From: Auanema rhodensis
Taxonomy: Eukaryota > Animalia > Nematoda
DNA: 64,000 bases
Reading direction: 5' to 3'
Assembly: GCA_964057225.1 (NCBI GenBank)
Contig: OZ059897.1
Location: forward strand, 9,920,001-9,984,000
The notes under the pieces were generated by a model. The model worked only from the letters and a program-made list of their open reading frames with translations. It was not told where the DNA came from and did not search any database. The translations under genes were made by a program, and so were the position numbers. Shown one piece after another: positions 1 to 13,297 of the stretch (position 1 is its first letter; each line of letters begins with the position of its first letter).

Positions 1-195
1 GCTAACATTTGTCCTACACCAACAAATTGGTAAGATGGAAACCTTAAAAGATAAAATCAGGTGAAAGACAATGTTATCTTCGTAATCAAACCTATAATTA
101 GTGAGAAGAATTTTGTTTACAAATACAATAATTATAGAAGTTATTCCATAGAATAGAGCGGACATCAACCGCTGTAGGACCGTTGCTTCCGACAT
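1..195 (-). CDS. sqv-7: Nucleotide-sugar transporter (SLC35D / SQV-7), first two exons, truncated by window start
   Basis: Minus-strand ATG at 195 directly after TTTTAG. Spliced translation MSEATVLQRLMSALFYGITSIIIVFVNKILLTNYR|FPSYQFVGVGQMLA matches the remembered SQV-7/SLC35D N-terminus (SAxFYGxxSxxIVFVNKILLTNYxFPSxxFVGVGQM). Confidence 0.85.
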   Translation of the reverse strand, partial: MSEATVLQRLMSALFYGITSIIIVFVNKILLTNYRFDYEDNIVFHLILSFKVSILPICWCRTNVS

Positions 196-620
196 CTAAA
201 ACTGACAGTAAAATACAACACAACAACAAGAAATGGCCAAATATTAGGTAAAAACCATATCAGAACAATTAAACTATTTAAATCACAGAATTACAATTCA
301 TGTAAAGTAGTCATGTTCAAGAATCTCGCAAAATCTACCAAATATAAAGCGGAATATAAACATTTTTTGGCAACAAATGTCAGCTTTTATACAAAGATTA
401 GTAGAAATTTCAGTATTTTACAAACTATAAAAGAAACTAATATAGACACAGGGTTTTAATTTGAGCAAAAAAATACATTACATACCTGATGTAATAAGAA
501 AAAAATGCTCAAATAGCCAAATAAATCTTGATATATATATATATAAAAACTCTAAACAATATATACAAAAACTGATAAAGTGATATAGTAGAATCAGAGT
601 AATAACGATATTGCTAGCTC

Positions 621-3600
621 TTATACAATTCCATATGTTAATGAAGGTTCCAGGCGGAATTGGAACTCATTCAATGATTCCAGAAGTTTCGAGAGGTAGT
701 AAAGGTTTTCAGGTGTACGGAGGAATGATGGTTCTTCGTACATATCTCTTGTTATTGGAGTCAAAGACATAAGTCTAAGGAAACTAGATAGCACATGATC
801 ACTGTAAAAGACCATAATATAGAAACATAAAACTGTGAGAGTCATCGACATAGACTACAATATTTAATTCTCTTTGTAATGAGATCAAAATATAAAAATA
901 GAAAAAAGAAAATATACTTACCGGATTGCCAAAAGGATAAACACATGGAATTTTCCATCTTTTCCCAGTTCGCTCTTACTAGAAATTCTATTCACTAGTT
1001 CCAATGCATATTTTATCAGACGTTGGCGTTCTAGCGAGAGTTTATCGGATTCGCCACGTCGGAACAGTTCATGGAACCACATGGCTACCTTCTCTGTAAA
1101 CAGAAACGAATCTAATCTATTGAAGATTTCTTTCACGTACCAACATAATCCCAAGGAAAATGTTGTCTAAACATTCTAAGAGCCCATGTTGAATCTTGTC
1201 TACCAAATTGGAAAGCCTATGAGATTAGCTTTTACAAGAAACATTGAAAATATTAAAATATACCTGTTCAATGGAGTTCACTAAACCACGATCTCCACAT
1301 AGAAGAAGAGCCAGTTCACTTCTGATCTGTTTTTCGCTATGGAAATATTTCACTAAAGCATTTACAGAATCACCCAACATCTGTTGAATGTCATTCAGTC
1401 GTGATCCTAAGAGTTTTGCATATCAACTTGAAAGGTTCAAATTCAACGTACTTCTATTGTTGGATAATGAATCTGGCACTCTTCCCGTAGAGGGACTTCT
1501 ATCTCGTTGAGGTGTTTGACTTCGAGATGTCGCCCTTCTTCTACCTCTGGCTGGTGACCCTGGAGGACAATTTGACTGATCTGGGCAGTCATCTTCGTAA
1601 ACCTGTTCTGCTATCAGTAATCTTGAATATTAAAATTAAATTTTCTTCGTAAAGCTTAACAACAAACCTCTCTAAACTACCATCGTCAACTCCTTTTCCA
1701 AACCATCGGCTACATGGAAATCTATATGTTTGTCCAGTAATCTCATTTCTAACAATAACCTACAATCCGATATATTTAATAAGAACTCAAAGCTAAAACA
1801 TACGTAATCTAAAAACCATTTGGGAGGATTTTCAACTCCAGCAACATGCCCAATTCTCAAATTCGACAATAATCCAAGATTTTTGTGCTAAACAGTTTAA
1901 TATTATTGACAACTCATGGACAGCGAAGCAATCCACGATCGGGACGTGTTGCTGCTCAAATAAATCGTGAAACGTAGCAGCGAAATATTTTTGAATAAAA
2001 CTAACATCAAACTTGAACAATGGTGTTCCGGGAGGAAGTTTTATTTGAGGACTTTTAGCTAAACTGCCTTCCACTTCTACCCATACAGCAGGTAGGGATC
2101 CCCTCCATCCACTTGTTACTATAACTACTTGGTAATCCATTTCTAAACAGAAATATTAATATTAATTTAGTAACATGAAAGAATTTACTTGTCTTAGTAA
2201 ACGTATTAGTAAAACAGCGGAATTGAGCAGCGTTCAATGACAAAATATGAAATAAAAATTGTTCTTTTTCATCTTCACATCTTGAGAATGCATATGTCTT
2301 ATATAGATCCCTGGAATTAATGTTTAGAAAAAGTTGAGTTCAAAAGAAAAATACTTCAGAAGAGTTTGATTGCCCAAAAGGGTGGTAAGATGACGATGGA
2401 GCAATTTTCTTTCCAAAGCTAAGCGAACAAACGCTCGGGCATATCCTATATCAGTTTTGATCTCTGTCATCCTCAATACATTCCTAAAGAAACATAGTTA
2501 ACATGTGGTCCAAAATAATTAATTCATACTTTAAATCATATGCTATGCTAGTGGGTAAAGCAGCAAGAACAACACGTCCATCTGGACTTCGTGTTCTACT
2601 TTGCGACCTTTTGCGTGGAGAGCTTTCAACACTGGCGTAGCCATTTCGCGTCTGCCCACCTGACCACTGTGGGTTTGTGAAATCTAAATACAATCATCAA
2701 ATATATAATTTCAAAAATTAGCTAGAATAATGAAAAAGCTGTTGTTAAAGCTGAACGATTAATATATTGCCTTCTTAAACAGTTAGACCATACTTCGTAT
2801 ATCATGCAGGTTACAATTACTCACAAAACAGATATAATTCGTGCTACGAAAAATACATGCAACACAGTAATAAAGCATGCAACAGGTAAGTGTATTAACT
2901 ATGAGACGAGAAGTTTGCAAGTGCTGTTAGTGGCTTAGTCACAATCACATAGCACCTACCGCCTATAGAACTTGATCGTTTTATCAGCGTCTGACGGGAT
3001 AAACTCCTGGACTCTCTGGGTGGAATATACGATTTAGGTACAGGGCCCGGGGGTGCTTCATATCTTGGAGGTAAATCACGAGGCTGATTTGTATTACTAG
3101 GTACAGTAGCAGACGATATTTTATCACAAATAAAATTAGCTGCTCGCAGAATGCTTCGAGACCAAGCAGGGGCATCTGGATCTTCTTCTTTTGTTGTTAG
3201 CTCACGTTGAATGGATTCAACAAGATCCGATAGAGCAACTCCAAAATCATTCTCATTTGAAGCAGGGAGAATGATAGGAGCAGGAATATGTTCCAAATCA
3301 AAGTTTTGGAGACTGGGGCGCCGACGGAATCCTCGTTCTGTCACAACACAAGTTTAAAAATATAAAAATACACAAGCAGAAATATTGTTCAGCAATATGA
3401 AACGAGTAAACGGCGGCAATTCAGCTAATCTTTAACGGCCATATATAATATATAAACATTTCGAAACAGCGGCAATTTGCAAAACATAAGCTGAGGTAAT
3501 TTGAATTTCTTACGTTCTATTCGCCGTCGAAATACTAACCAGGCTAGTGCTAGAATTTTTTTAAAATGTATTTGATATAAATATATATTGATAAATAGAG

Positions 3601-6600
3601 ATTTGAGAAAATGAATATAATGAGAACGCTTGAAGAAAACAATACCTGGTGTTAGCATTGAAGAGGACATTGTTCTTGAGGACATTCCACTTTTTTCAAG
3701 GTCTTCGTGTTGAAGGACATACGACCACAAAGCAGATTTGCCCTGAAGATATAACAATTAGTACGAGTTAAAGTAAGTACGCCGGAACCTGTTTTTTGAT
3801 AAGACCGTGAGCATAAATGCGTTCGAGTAAGTCACAAAATGCGGCGACATGAGTGTTCTCTTCAACACCGGTGATTCCTGCGTCTAGATGACCAAGATGA
3901 ACGGCTTCTTTGCCCATTTTATCCACCAACATCCTTTTTGTTTTACCTCAAATTATTAACATAAATAAATATGGAAAATTAGAACACATTCAACCGCTCT
4001 TCAAACTTTTTCAAAATGAAATAGTATTAAATCATTTTCTGCAAGGGATAAACGTGGCGGATTAAAAGGATTAATGTACTTTTTAAAACAACTCTCTTTT
4101 AAAAGTTTAATTCATGTTCAAAAGTTTATTTTTTTTATCATGAACCTTTAGAAAACAAATTTAAAATAGCAAACCTTTGGTTTCTCTTAATAATTGTTCC
4201 ACAAATTTTAGCTGTTGCTGAGCTACCATAGACGGAGAATCAGACATCAAACTTTGGCCACCATAGGTACTAGTTGGTCTACCAGCATTTATTTGTGTTG
4301 ATGTCTTCAAAAAAAAATTGTATAATTACATGATTTGTGTGATACCTCTTGCTGTTTAGGCTTGGGATTAATATGGCGTTGCTTCCAAGGACTGGGAGCC
4401 GGGCTAAATCCGGCGAAACCTTCAAGAACGGCATTATTTAATTCAGGCCAGAATCCATTAAAACTAAAAATATTTTATAATGTTTGTATGAGCATAAAAC
4501 ACACGTTTCTGCGAATCCTCCAGCAATAGCATGAGGCCCAGCAACAACATAATCTAGGCTACTTTCGCGCTTTGATATTAATTCTTCTGAAAAATCAAGA
4601 TTTGAGAAGGAGGCCAGTAATTCACCAACCTGATTGAGCAAAGGGAGGCTTAGAATCATTCGTAGGAGTTCTGACCATAGATAAACCCAATTTGTTCCTC
4701 ATTTGAGCAATTCTCTGATCAAACAAAACTAAATACTCATCAGCTGTTTCCCATTGAGAAAGAATTTTGTTATCGATAAAAGATGTGAACATCTAAAAAA
4801 AATATTTGAAGTTTTCAAACTTATTCGGACAAACTTGAGTTTCTAAAAAAGCTGCAAGGAATGGTAGATGACTATCCGGTTGATCGGACAGGAAAGATGC
4901 CTTATCAAAGCACACTAAGCTTTCCCTAAAAGATCAAAGTAGATAAGGAATATTAACCTAAAAACAACCTGCTAGCTTCGAAACTAGTCTTGTCTACGCA
5001 ACCTTGCCCACCAACTACAAAATGCTCATACGAATAAAGCATGCCGACGATTCGATGTAATACGCACTCCCGAACCGCATTATTCAACTTGGCATCCTGT
5101 GAAATTTCAATAATAAATGAAACGCTAAATCTATATCTGATATCAAACCAGGAAATATCGACGACAAACAGGCGATTTCACATATTTATCGTTAGTCGTT
5201 ACTTCATTTACTAAATCCTTAACATCTACTGCAACACCGGCCCTTCGAGCAATTTCAGTTACTCTGAATTTGAATATACAAAGGCAAAATATAAAAAGTA
5301 CATACTTAGCAAGAGTTGAATTATTTCTGAGAACATCTTCTACGGGATACTGCCTACTACCTATTCTAGTATTACGGGAAAGTGAATCTAAAATGTTTAT
5401 AAGGAACAAGAATGAGTTTGAAAAGGATAACTCACTTAGAAAATCATCACCATCATCTAAATCAAAAGATCTACTCATTCGTTTCATTGACCATTCTTCG
5501 TTTCTTTTTCGATTTTCTGATGGTTTCCGTGGAACTACAAAGGTAGTTTCTTCATTTTTTGAACTTGTCGATAGGGCACTCAGATCGTTCCAAAGAGAGT
5601 AACTAAAAATTACAAGAAATCAAAAAGAAAACTAATTTGAAAACTACTTCGTTATAGCATCACTAATCTCCTGTTCAAGTTCCTTAGCACCAGGAAAGAG
5701 CGGCAAATCTTCAGGAAATTCGGATCTCCTATTGTCTATATCGATCACACATACATTAGATTGAAACAGGAACTCTGGGACAACATCTTCATAGCACCAT
5801 CCCATAACATACGGGACCTTTACGAAATTATGAATGAAAAAGAAAATATGAATAAAAAATACCGGAGCTTCTACGAATTTTAGTTGAGAACTGGGTAATA
5901 TTGGAACATAAACCATTTGCCATCGGAAAGGAAAAGCAAGAATTGTTAAGGACTCACATACACACATTAACTTAGCATAATCTAAAAATGATATTACTAC
6001 AGAAAAACATATATATAAATTACCCTTTGAACAAATTAAAATTTGATGTTCTAATAAGAAGCATGAAAACAATTTTATAAACTTATCAACGGGTAAAAAC
6101 TGAAAAAAAAAGAATAATAAACTTAATAACAAAAATGTAAAACTTGAAACAGATTTCCCAGAGAATCATCGAATAACGGCAACTCATTTAACCCTGGTCG
6201 TTGTACTATAATAGGAGTATTCAAAAAAGATACCTATAAATATAAAAATATGAAAAAGAAATAAACCAAGCAAACCTTCAGGCTCGTGCCAGGAGAAGGT
6301 AGCGGAATTTCATTCAATATCCAGAAAATATAGCTTTCTAACGGTAAATCCGCATCTTTATCTCCTCTTATAATCTCATGGAAAGTTTTTAAAATTGCTT
6401 TAGGCGCAGCAACCAAGGGTAGACGGGTTATCAAACATACGGTTTTTGACCTAATAAAGGAAGCAATAAAGTAACAATAAAAAGAAAATGATATTTGCAA
6501 ACTAACATAAACAGAATATTTTGGTTTCCACCGTCATAATATGATATTCTTTTGTTTTTATCTCGTCGCCCTCGTGGCAATGTATGGGTTCCACCTTAAG

Positions 6601-7282
6601 TGCAATACATAATCAGCATTTCTTTATAGATAACAAATAAATATTAAATAAATATTAAACCTGATATCATTCCAGGAGGTAGATGAGTTCGTTCTCGATC
6701 AACTCTTTCACGGGCTGTTAATTCTTTAACATGCTCTGTCTGAAGCCTGGACATGGCCTCACATATAGAAATATCGCGCACTTCCTAACAATTTTAAATG
6801 CAAATAAAGTTTATAAAAAATGTATACCTCATAAAAAGTTATTGCTGTTCCATTTATACGAGAACCATCTTCCTTGATATTAGCAAATGTATGGACTGAA
6901 GGAGTAGTTGGAACATCCTTTTCTGTATAGAACCTTAATCCCCTCGGCATCGAAAGCTAAAACTTTATATATGAATGCATGGAAGGTAAATATTTAGAAA
7001 CCGCAAGAACTTCATGGGAGAATGGAGCATCCTGTCTTCTTTGAGGATAGTGATTAAGAATTTTAGCTTCATAACTCCTTTCTAAAGGAGGTCGAAGACT
7101 ATCCAACGAAGGTGTATCAGAATTAATGGCATAATATGAGCTCGAACAAGGCTGTAATCAGCAGTTTATAGAAAAACAATAAAAGCAATATCTTCTACCA
7201 CTATTCCAGTTTCAGGATCAAACCCAGCTATGATGAAATAATCCACCAAAGTCGTTTGAACATTATCTTTACGAGCACTCAT
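621..7282 (-). CDS. lst-6: DENND5/Rab6IP1 orthologue (uDENN-DENN-dDENN-RUN-PLAT-RUN), multi-exon
   Basis: Start [30 protein letters not shown] motifs [22 protein letters not shown] and [23 protein letters not shown]; d[31 protein letters not shown]; [34 protein letters not shown] and [20 protein letters not shown]; [18 protein letters not shown]; C-terminus [15 protein letters not shown]. The lst-6 name for the C. elegans DENND5 orthologue is from memory. Confidence 0.88.
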
Positions 7283-7694
7283 TGTTTTAAACAAAATAAG
7301 AAACTAATATATCCATCTAGCACATCGTTCTGGAATATACTAATTTAGAATCTTTGTTCTATAAATTGATAAATAGATGATGACGAGAAGAAGATTGTAA
7401 TATTTTAGAAAATAGAAGACTCAATATTGTGAATTATATGTTACACACATATGGATTTGTTCGAATGATGGTTTATGATAGAACTTTTAAGAACTCATTA
7501 GAATTCCTAACATCTTATTAGTATTCTGAGAATATTATTCGGGCAGATCTGTGCACTTCTAATGTGAGTAATGATTTATATTTAATTATGTATTGATTTA
7601 AGCATAGCAAAGAAAATTTTGCCATTGCGCAAGATTAGTGTCAGCACGCGGTTTATGTCAATATGGCACGAAGTTGGATTTTGCATATCAGTTG

Positions 7695-7729
7695 GCTTCA
7701 CGTGGAATTAGCATTATTGCTTCACGTGG
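7695..7729. promoter_or_regulatory. Duplicated GCTTCACGTGG E-box motif in the divergent DENND5 / zinc-finger promoter
   Basis: Exact 11-mer GCTTCACGTGG at 7695-7705 and 7719-7729 in a GC-enriched patch between two divergently transcribed genes. Confidence 0.45.
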
Positions 7730-8022
7730 CTTTATGATGCTGGTTTTATTTTGTGAATCTCTCCGAAACAAAAGGGGATGTTGCCGACGGAAGAGTCATC
7801 AGGTTCTATTAGCAATCCGATAGTAGGAATAGATTTCCTTCTTTCGAACGCTACAATAAAAAAGTCAAATTACTGTATATGCTTATCAGGTTGGAAAAAA
7901 AGTTTTTTTTATACGAACAGCCGGCGAGGAAAGGAAATTATAATGATTTTCAAACTTCTAGTCATGCTAAAAATTATAAAATGAATATAACATCTTGTTT
8001 GTATGAAGCAGATTAGTAGATT

Positions 8023-9564
8023 ATGCAACGTTTTCTACACAATCCTCTGAATTCAGAGTAGAATAATAATACATGTGGATTATATTCTCAGAAAAAATCG
8101 ATGCTAATTGTATTTTTCAGAACGCTGCACCTGCATCCCAGAAGAAAAAAAAGCAGTCTTACATCAAAATGATAGCTTTACGTTTGGAACCAATACTGAA
8201 ACATCCACATCTCAGGTAAACATCTAGGCTACCCGGCAATAGCGTGGTTAAATTTAGTCTTCAACGATGTCGGTGTTCAATCCCTATAAATATGGACCGG
8301 AGTTGTCGTGTGACTATTCTAATGTTTTAGAAGACAACATACTTCAAGCATTTGCAAATTTTGATCCACAAAACTGTGAAGAAACAGAATCTATAAAAGT
8401 ATGTACAAACAAATAACTTGAAATATTAAAAATATTCAGAAAATTATATCTGAACCGTTAAAGGAAAAAAAGAAAGTTATAAAAGAAGAAATAACAGAAT
8501 CCGATGAAGGACGTAAAAAGTATTTTGTTAGAATATATGAAATTTTTATGATCACATATCTAGGTTCGCTCGTTTTCGAGAAAAAAAATTCGTTTGTGAT
8601 GTTTGTGACCATACTTTCACGTTGAAGCAAAATGTTGCGCAACATTTTTATCTAGTTAGACCAGCTAATCACATAGCTGTCTTTAAATATCTACTATTGC
8701 AGTATCATCATCCTCGGAAAGAATCATCAAACAAGCTTATTCGAGACAAAGTTGCTAGATATCAGTGTACAAAATGCGATAAAGTAAGCTTTCTATCAGT
8801 TATATGTCATATTGTGTTCAAGATTTTTCTCAAACTGGAACAAGCTAAGCGACATGAGTACCGCGCCCACAGCGATGTCGCTATTTTGAAGGAAAAAAAA
8901 GTTTTTGCTTGTGATGAGTGTGCGAAGGTATACTGCAAATTGAACTGAATAAATTTGTGAAATTTTAGGTTTACCCCACAAATACCCAATTGCGTGATCA
9001 TAAGCGAGTTTTTCATCAGTAAGTCTCCAGATGGTAAATAAACACTATTTTGTTAGAAACATACGTTTGTTTAAATGTGATAAATGCCAAATGGAATTCG
9101 GAAGATCAGGAGGTCTCCGTAGGCATATTCAAATGATTCATGAGCAACAGCTTTTCAAGTGCCCTTATGAAGATTGTACCCACCCAGGATACAAATGCAG
9201 CAAGGTAGCAAAAAACATTTGAAATTTCATCGTTTTTTAATTCTATTAGGCTTTGACAGCTCATATAAGGTCCCGTCATACGTTTGTCAGACCATTTTTA
9301 TGTCTACACTGCGACAAGAGTTTTGTTAGGAAAAACGACTTGAAGGTTTTTGAATTGAGAAAATTACTTTTAAAAGTTTGGTTAAAGGTCCATGAACAGA
9401 TTCATTCTTTGCAATCAGGTCATGATTGCCCACATTGCCAAAAAAGTAAGTTGGAACTCGTTTGATGAATTAACGTGAGCTTTTCAGCTTTCAAACGTAC
9501 CATATATCTGATGAAACATTCAAAGAAATGTGGGAGGCAGCCAAATGAAGATGTAAATATATAA
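8023..9564 (+). CDS. C2H2 zinc-finger protein (about 7 fingers), multi-exon; start codon uncertain
   Basis: Spliced fingers CDVCDHTFTLKQNVAQH, CTKCDKIFLKLEQAKRHEYRAH, CDECAKVYPTNTQLRDHKRVFH, CDKCQMEFGRSGGLRRHIQMIH, CPYEDCTHPGYKCSKALTAHIRSRH, CLHCDKSFVRKNDLKVHEQIH and CPHCQKTFKRTIYLMKHSKKC. Stop TAA at 9562-9564. Confidence 0.85.
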
Positions 9565-10166
9565 TTATGTTAATATTTTAAACATTCGTATAATGCTTCA
9601 TAAAATGAGGAAGCAGAATAAATGTATATATGTAAATTATTTGCAACTGTATGGTTTTAGCTCACAGTTTTTCTATCATTAAGTAATAGGTCTCAATTAT
9701 ATTTCAAATAACTGGCTCAATTGTTCACTGTTCCAATTTCTGTCCATACGCTGTTCATTTATAGAATAACAATACTCTTTTGTTTTTTTGTCTGAGTACA
9801 TCCTGCAGTGATATCGTATAAGTTCATCTCGTGATGCAATATTATTATTAGTTATAGTAGTATTTGAATATTCGTAGAAACTCTTCAGTTCTAGTTTTCA
9901 TTACCTTGATTTAACATTGTCTTATAGGAGAGAACTCAATCTATTGTTATTCATATTACTTAAATACATTTGTTTAACGCCAACTGACAACTTGTCTGCC
10001 ATATAAAATCTCTTTAAACCAATATTTCTGATTATTGAACATATTGAGTACAATTGCGTTGTTTTAGTCATGACAAAGAATAAAAATAAACGATTTAATG
10101 TGAAATTCACGATACAACATGACCGTAATGCTTGAAATACGTTATTAGCTAAACCTAGAAAGCTGT

Positions 10167-11645
10167 TCAAACTTTTGCAGGAAGTGGACGTTTTTTAAGT
10201 TCCCTTTTCTGTATTTTCCTATGTTTATGATTACGTATCCAACTTTCCATTCGTATAAGTAAATGACCAAATGTCTGTCGATATCTAGAGCTCATAAAGC
10301 AATAAAGAACAAAATCAACACTGTAAAACAAGGTTTTAAATAATAAGAAAGTAAATGAAAATTAAACAAACCTGCAATTGACTAATGATAATAAATCAAA
10401 AAGTTCTCCAACATTTTGATAAATAAAAGCATGAATATCAGATGTATAAACTCCTTTAAATAATTAGTTTCATTAGAATAAACAATATATTGTCAATAGT
10501 ATCATACCATTTAGTAATGCTAATATACCCTGAGGCAATTCTGTGACTAAAAATATAACCAGCATGATAATTAACATGTAAGTTGTTCGATCAGGCACAG
10601 TTGTTTTCTTTACATGTTTTCGGAAACTTTTCGAATATAGATAATTTCGTTTCTCATCTGTTGCTCGTAGTTTCATAACTAATACTATAGTAAACCATAA
10701 AAGTAGAATACATGGAATAGCCTAGAATGACGTATTGCTTTAATCATATTGAAATTTCTTTTAAAACGAAACTTCAGCTTTCATACCTTCATCATGATGG
10801 CTAAAGTCCACAAATTAAATTGAAAGAAAGTGCAGGAGTAATTGGAAAAGTTTAAAGTATAGAGTATGACTTCTTGTCCATCTTAAATTTAAAATAAAGA
10901 AAATAGAAAATAATAAATAATAAATTTACCTTCAAATGGTACAGCATATATTTCATGTAATAATACAGTGGGAATACATAATATAGACACAGTAAATGTT
11001 ATGATAACAAATAAAATCCTAAAAGAAAATAGGAATATTTCTAATTTTTGTGAGAAATTTCAAAAAAGAGTTATATACTAACCAAGCTGCTTTAGGTTGC
11101 AACCATCGACTATGAATATTTCCTAAAGCTTGCCATCTTATAAACGCTAATGCAGCACCCATATACAGTGTTATAGCATGTAATGCAATTGATAAAACCA
11201 CATGAAATTTTAAATATAAAGCCCAACTATATGAATACCCATTTGTTCCCTTAAAATATAAACAAATATTTTAGAAAATTCAAAAAATATTTCTTTTTTA
11301 CCTGATAAAATCTAAATCTAAATAAATAAATGATATATGATACCATTGTACATACATCGCAGAATGCAACAGCTATCAAAACACAATTTACTGCACATCG
11401 TCTCATTCTAGGTCTTGATAACACATGCATATGAATTAAATTTGATAGAACTCCCAAAAAACATATAACAAGACATGCATATCGATGAAATACAGTGTAG
11501 AATCTATAATAGAAATTCAATTTAATCAAGTTTTTGGATGAAAAATATATGAAAGTTACCTATTAAATTGCTCCAATTTGGTTATTATCAATAGAACAAC
11601 TGGATCTGTATGATTAAGTAATGAACCTTGTTCTTGGCACATCAT
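10167..11645 (-). CDS. DMSR-family (myosuppressin/FMRFamide-receptor-like) class A GPCR
   Basis: ATG just after TTTTCAG. TM1 [26 protein letters not shown]; TM2 [15 protein letters not shown]; TM3 [16 protein letters not shown]; TM6 [22 protein letters not shown]; TM7 [22 protein letters not shown]. These are typical DMSR motifs. The 3' end may include one more small exon. Confidence 0.82.
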
Positions 11646-12232
11646 AGTGACTGAAAAGAAGACAAAAATCAAAATTTACTTCAATTTTCGTACTCTCAAT
11701 ATTATATAATTTCCGTCAATTTTTTCAATTTTGAACGAAATGGCAAAGGATTGAAAATTGAAATGTATTTTTAAACTGCAGATTTTTAAAAATAATTCAA
11801 TAAGACTTGGCTTTTTAAGCATTTAGTGTTCCAAGAATGATTAGGTCATAGTTGGTTCAGTAATAGTTTAAAATATGCTGCTCAGAAACATTTACTAAAA
11901 CAGCTTTTTTTTTATTCAGAATACGGAATAGAAAAAAATAAAACTCGATTGAAAATAATAAAAATTGAGCAAATAAGGGTTTTTTTCGGGAAAAACATGT
12001 GATAATCATCATTGAAAAGAAATTTTATATAAGCTTGAACAAAAATCGCTCTGAAGATAAAAGATAGAAGCTTTGATTTATTCAAAAATTAAAGAAAATT
12101 AAATATATTTTCTTTTTTAGTGAAGTAATTATTGAAATAGAAATAGCATTATTTGCATATGTATGAAGGTTCTTGAAATTAATTCGTTAAAGCTCAATCA
12201 GTCTTTTTGCATAAAAAGAATTGAGCTTATAA

Positions 12233-12266
12233 TAGAGAGAGAAAGAAAGAGAGAGAGAGAAAGAAA

Positions 12267-12313
<47 letters not shown>

Positions 12314-12338
12314 AGAGATTGAGAGAGAAAGAGAGAGA
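12233..12338. repeat. Imperfect (GA)n microsatellite
   Basis: Visible GA/GAAA run; explains the spurious ERERER and SLSLSL ORFs. Confidence 0.95.
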
Positions 12339-13236
12339 AGGAAGGAAGATGAAGAAGACGAAGAAAACGACAAGTAAGTCATAAACTTTCAATTCTTTGA
12401 TCCAAAGATCCTGTGTGAAAGTCAAAGAATTATTCGAAAACCAAAGAAATCATTATTTTCATAAAAGCGGAACAAAAACATTTTTCGTATTTCAGCTGTT
12501 AATGTTCTTAAAATAGTATGAGAAGTAAGACATTATGGTTAAAATTACAGATTAGCTGGAAAGAACATATTTTCTTTTCATTGTATTTGAATATTTAATC
12601 AAGTTATATCATTTAAATAAGAATCTCGTATATAATTCAATTCATGAAATTTAAAAAAAAATGAAAAGAATATTCATTTGTTAATAATTTAGAAATAATA
12701 TTAATATTATATATTTAAATAATACCATCATCTATGAATGCTACAGATGTATCCATGTATGTATGTATTTGTATCAAATTTATATGTGAATCATGTATAT
12801 AGATGTCTAAAAATATAATTATAAAACATATAATATATATATATAAAATATAAAAATTTAGAGATAATTGATATATGAAACCGTAGATATGACATCTATC
12901 TACATCTACATCTGCACACATGCATACATGTAGAGATAGACAGATTCATCAATTAAAAATGTTGCCACTGAAAAGTATGTATGTTCAGATGACTTTAAGT
13001 AACCTTTCTATCTCGTACTCTTTTTCTTATTCTTCTTCCTCTCTCTCACACTTCCGATAACGTCTGGAAGATACATTTTTGAGAATGTTTCTCTCATCAC
13101 ACTCTACTGAAAGTGGTCTTCACTCTATGAACCCGTCTTCAATCACTAATTCCACTGGCCAAGAACACAATTGAATTCTCAAAGATGTGCTTTCTACCCA
13201 GAAGCTTTCATATCATTTTGTCTTCTCTCTAATATT

Positions 13237-13239
<3 letters not shown>

Positions 13240-13293
<54 letters not shown>
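13240..13293. repeat. Perfect (AG)n microsatellite
   Basis: About 27 uninterrupted AG units. Confidence 0.95.

Positions 13294-13297
<4 letters not shown>

Noticed and set aside
12163-12425. ORFs rich in ER or SL dipeptides
   Set aside because: They are translations of a GA microsatellite.
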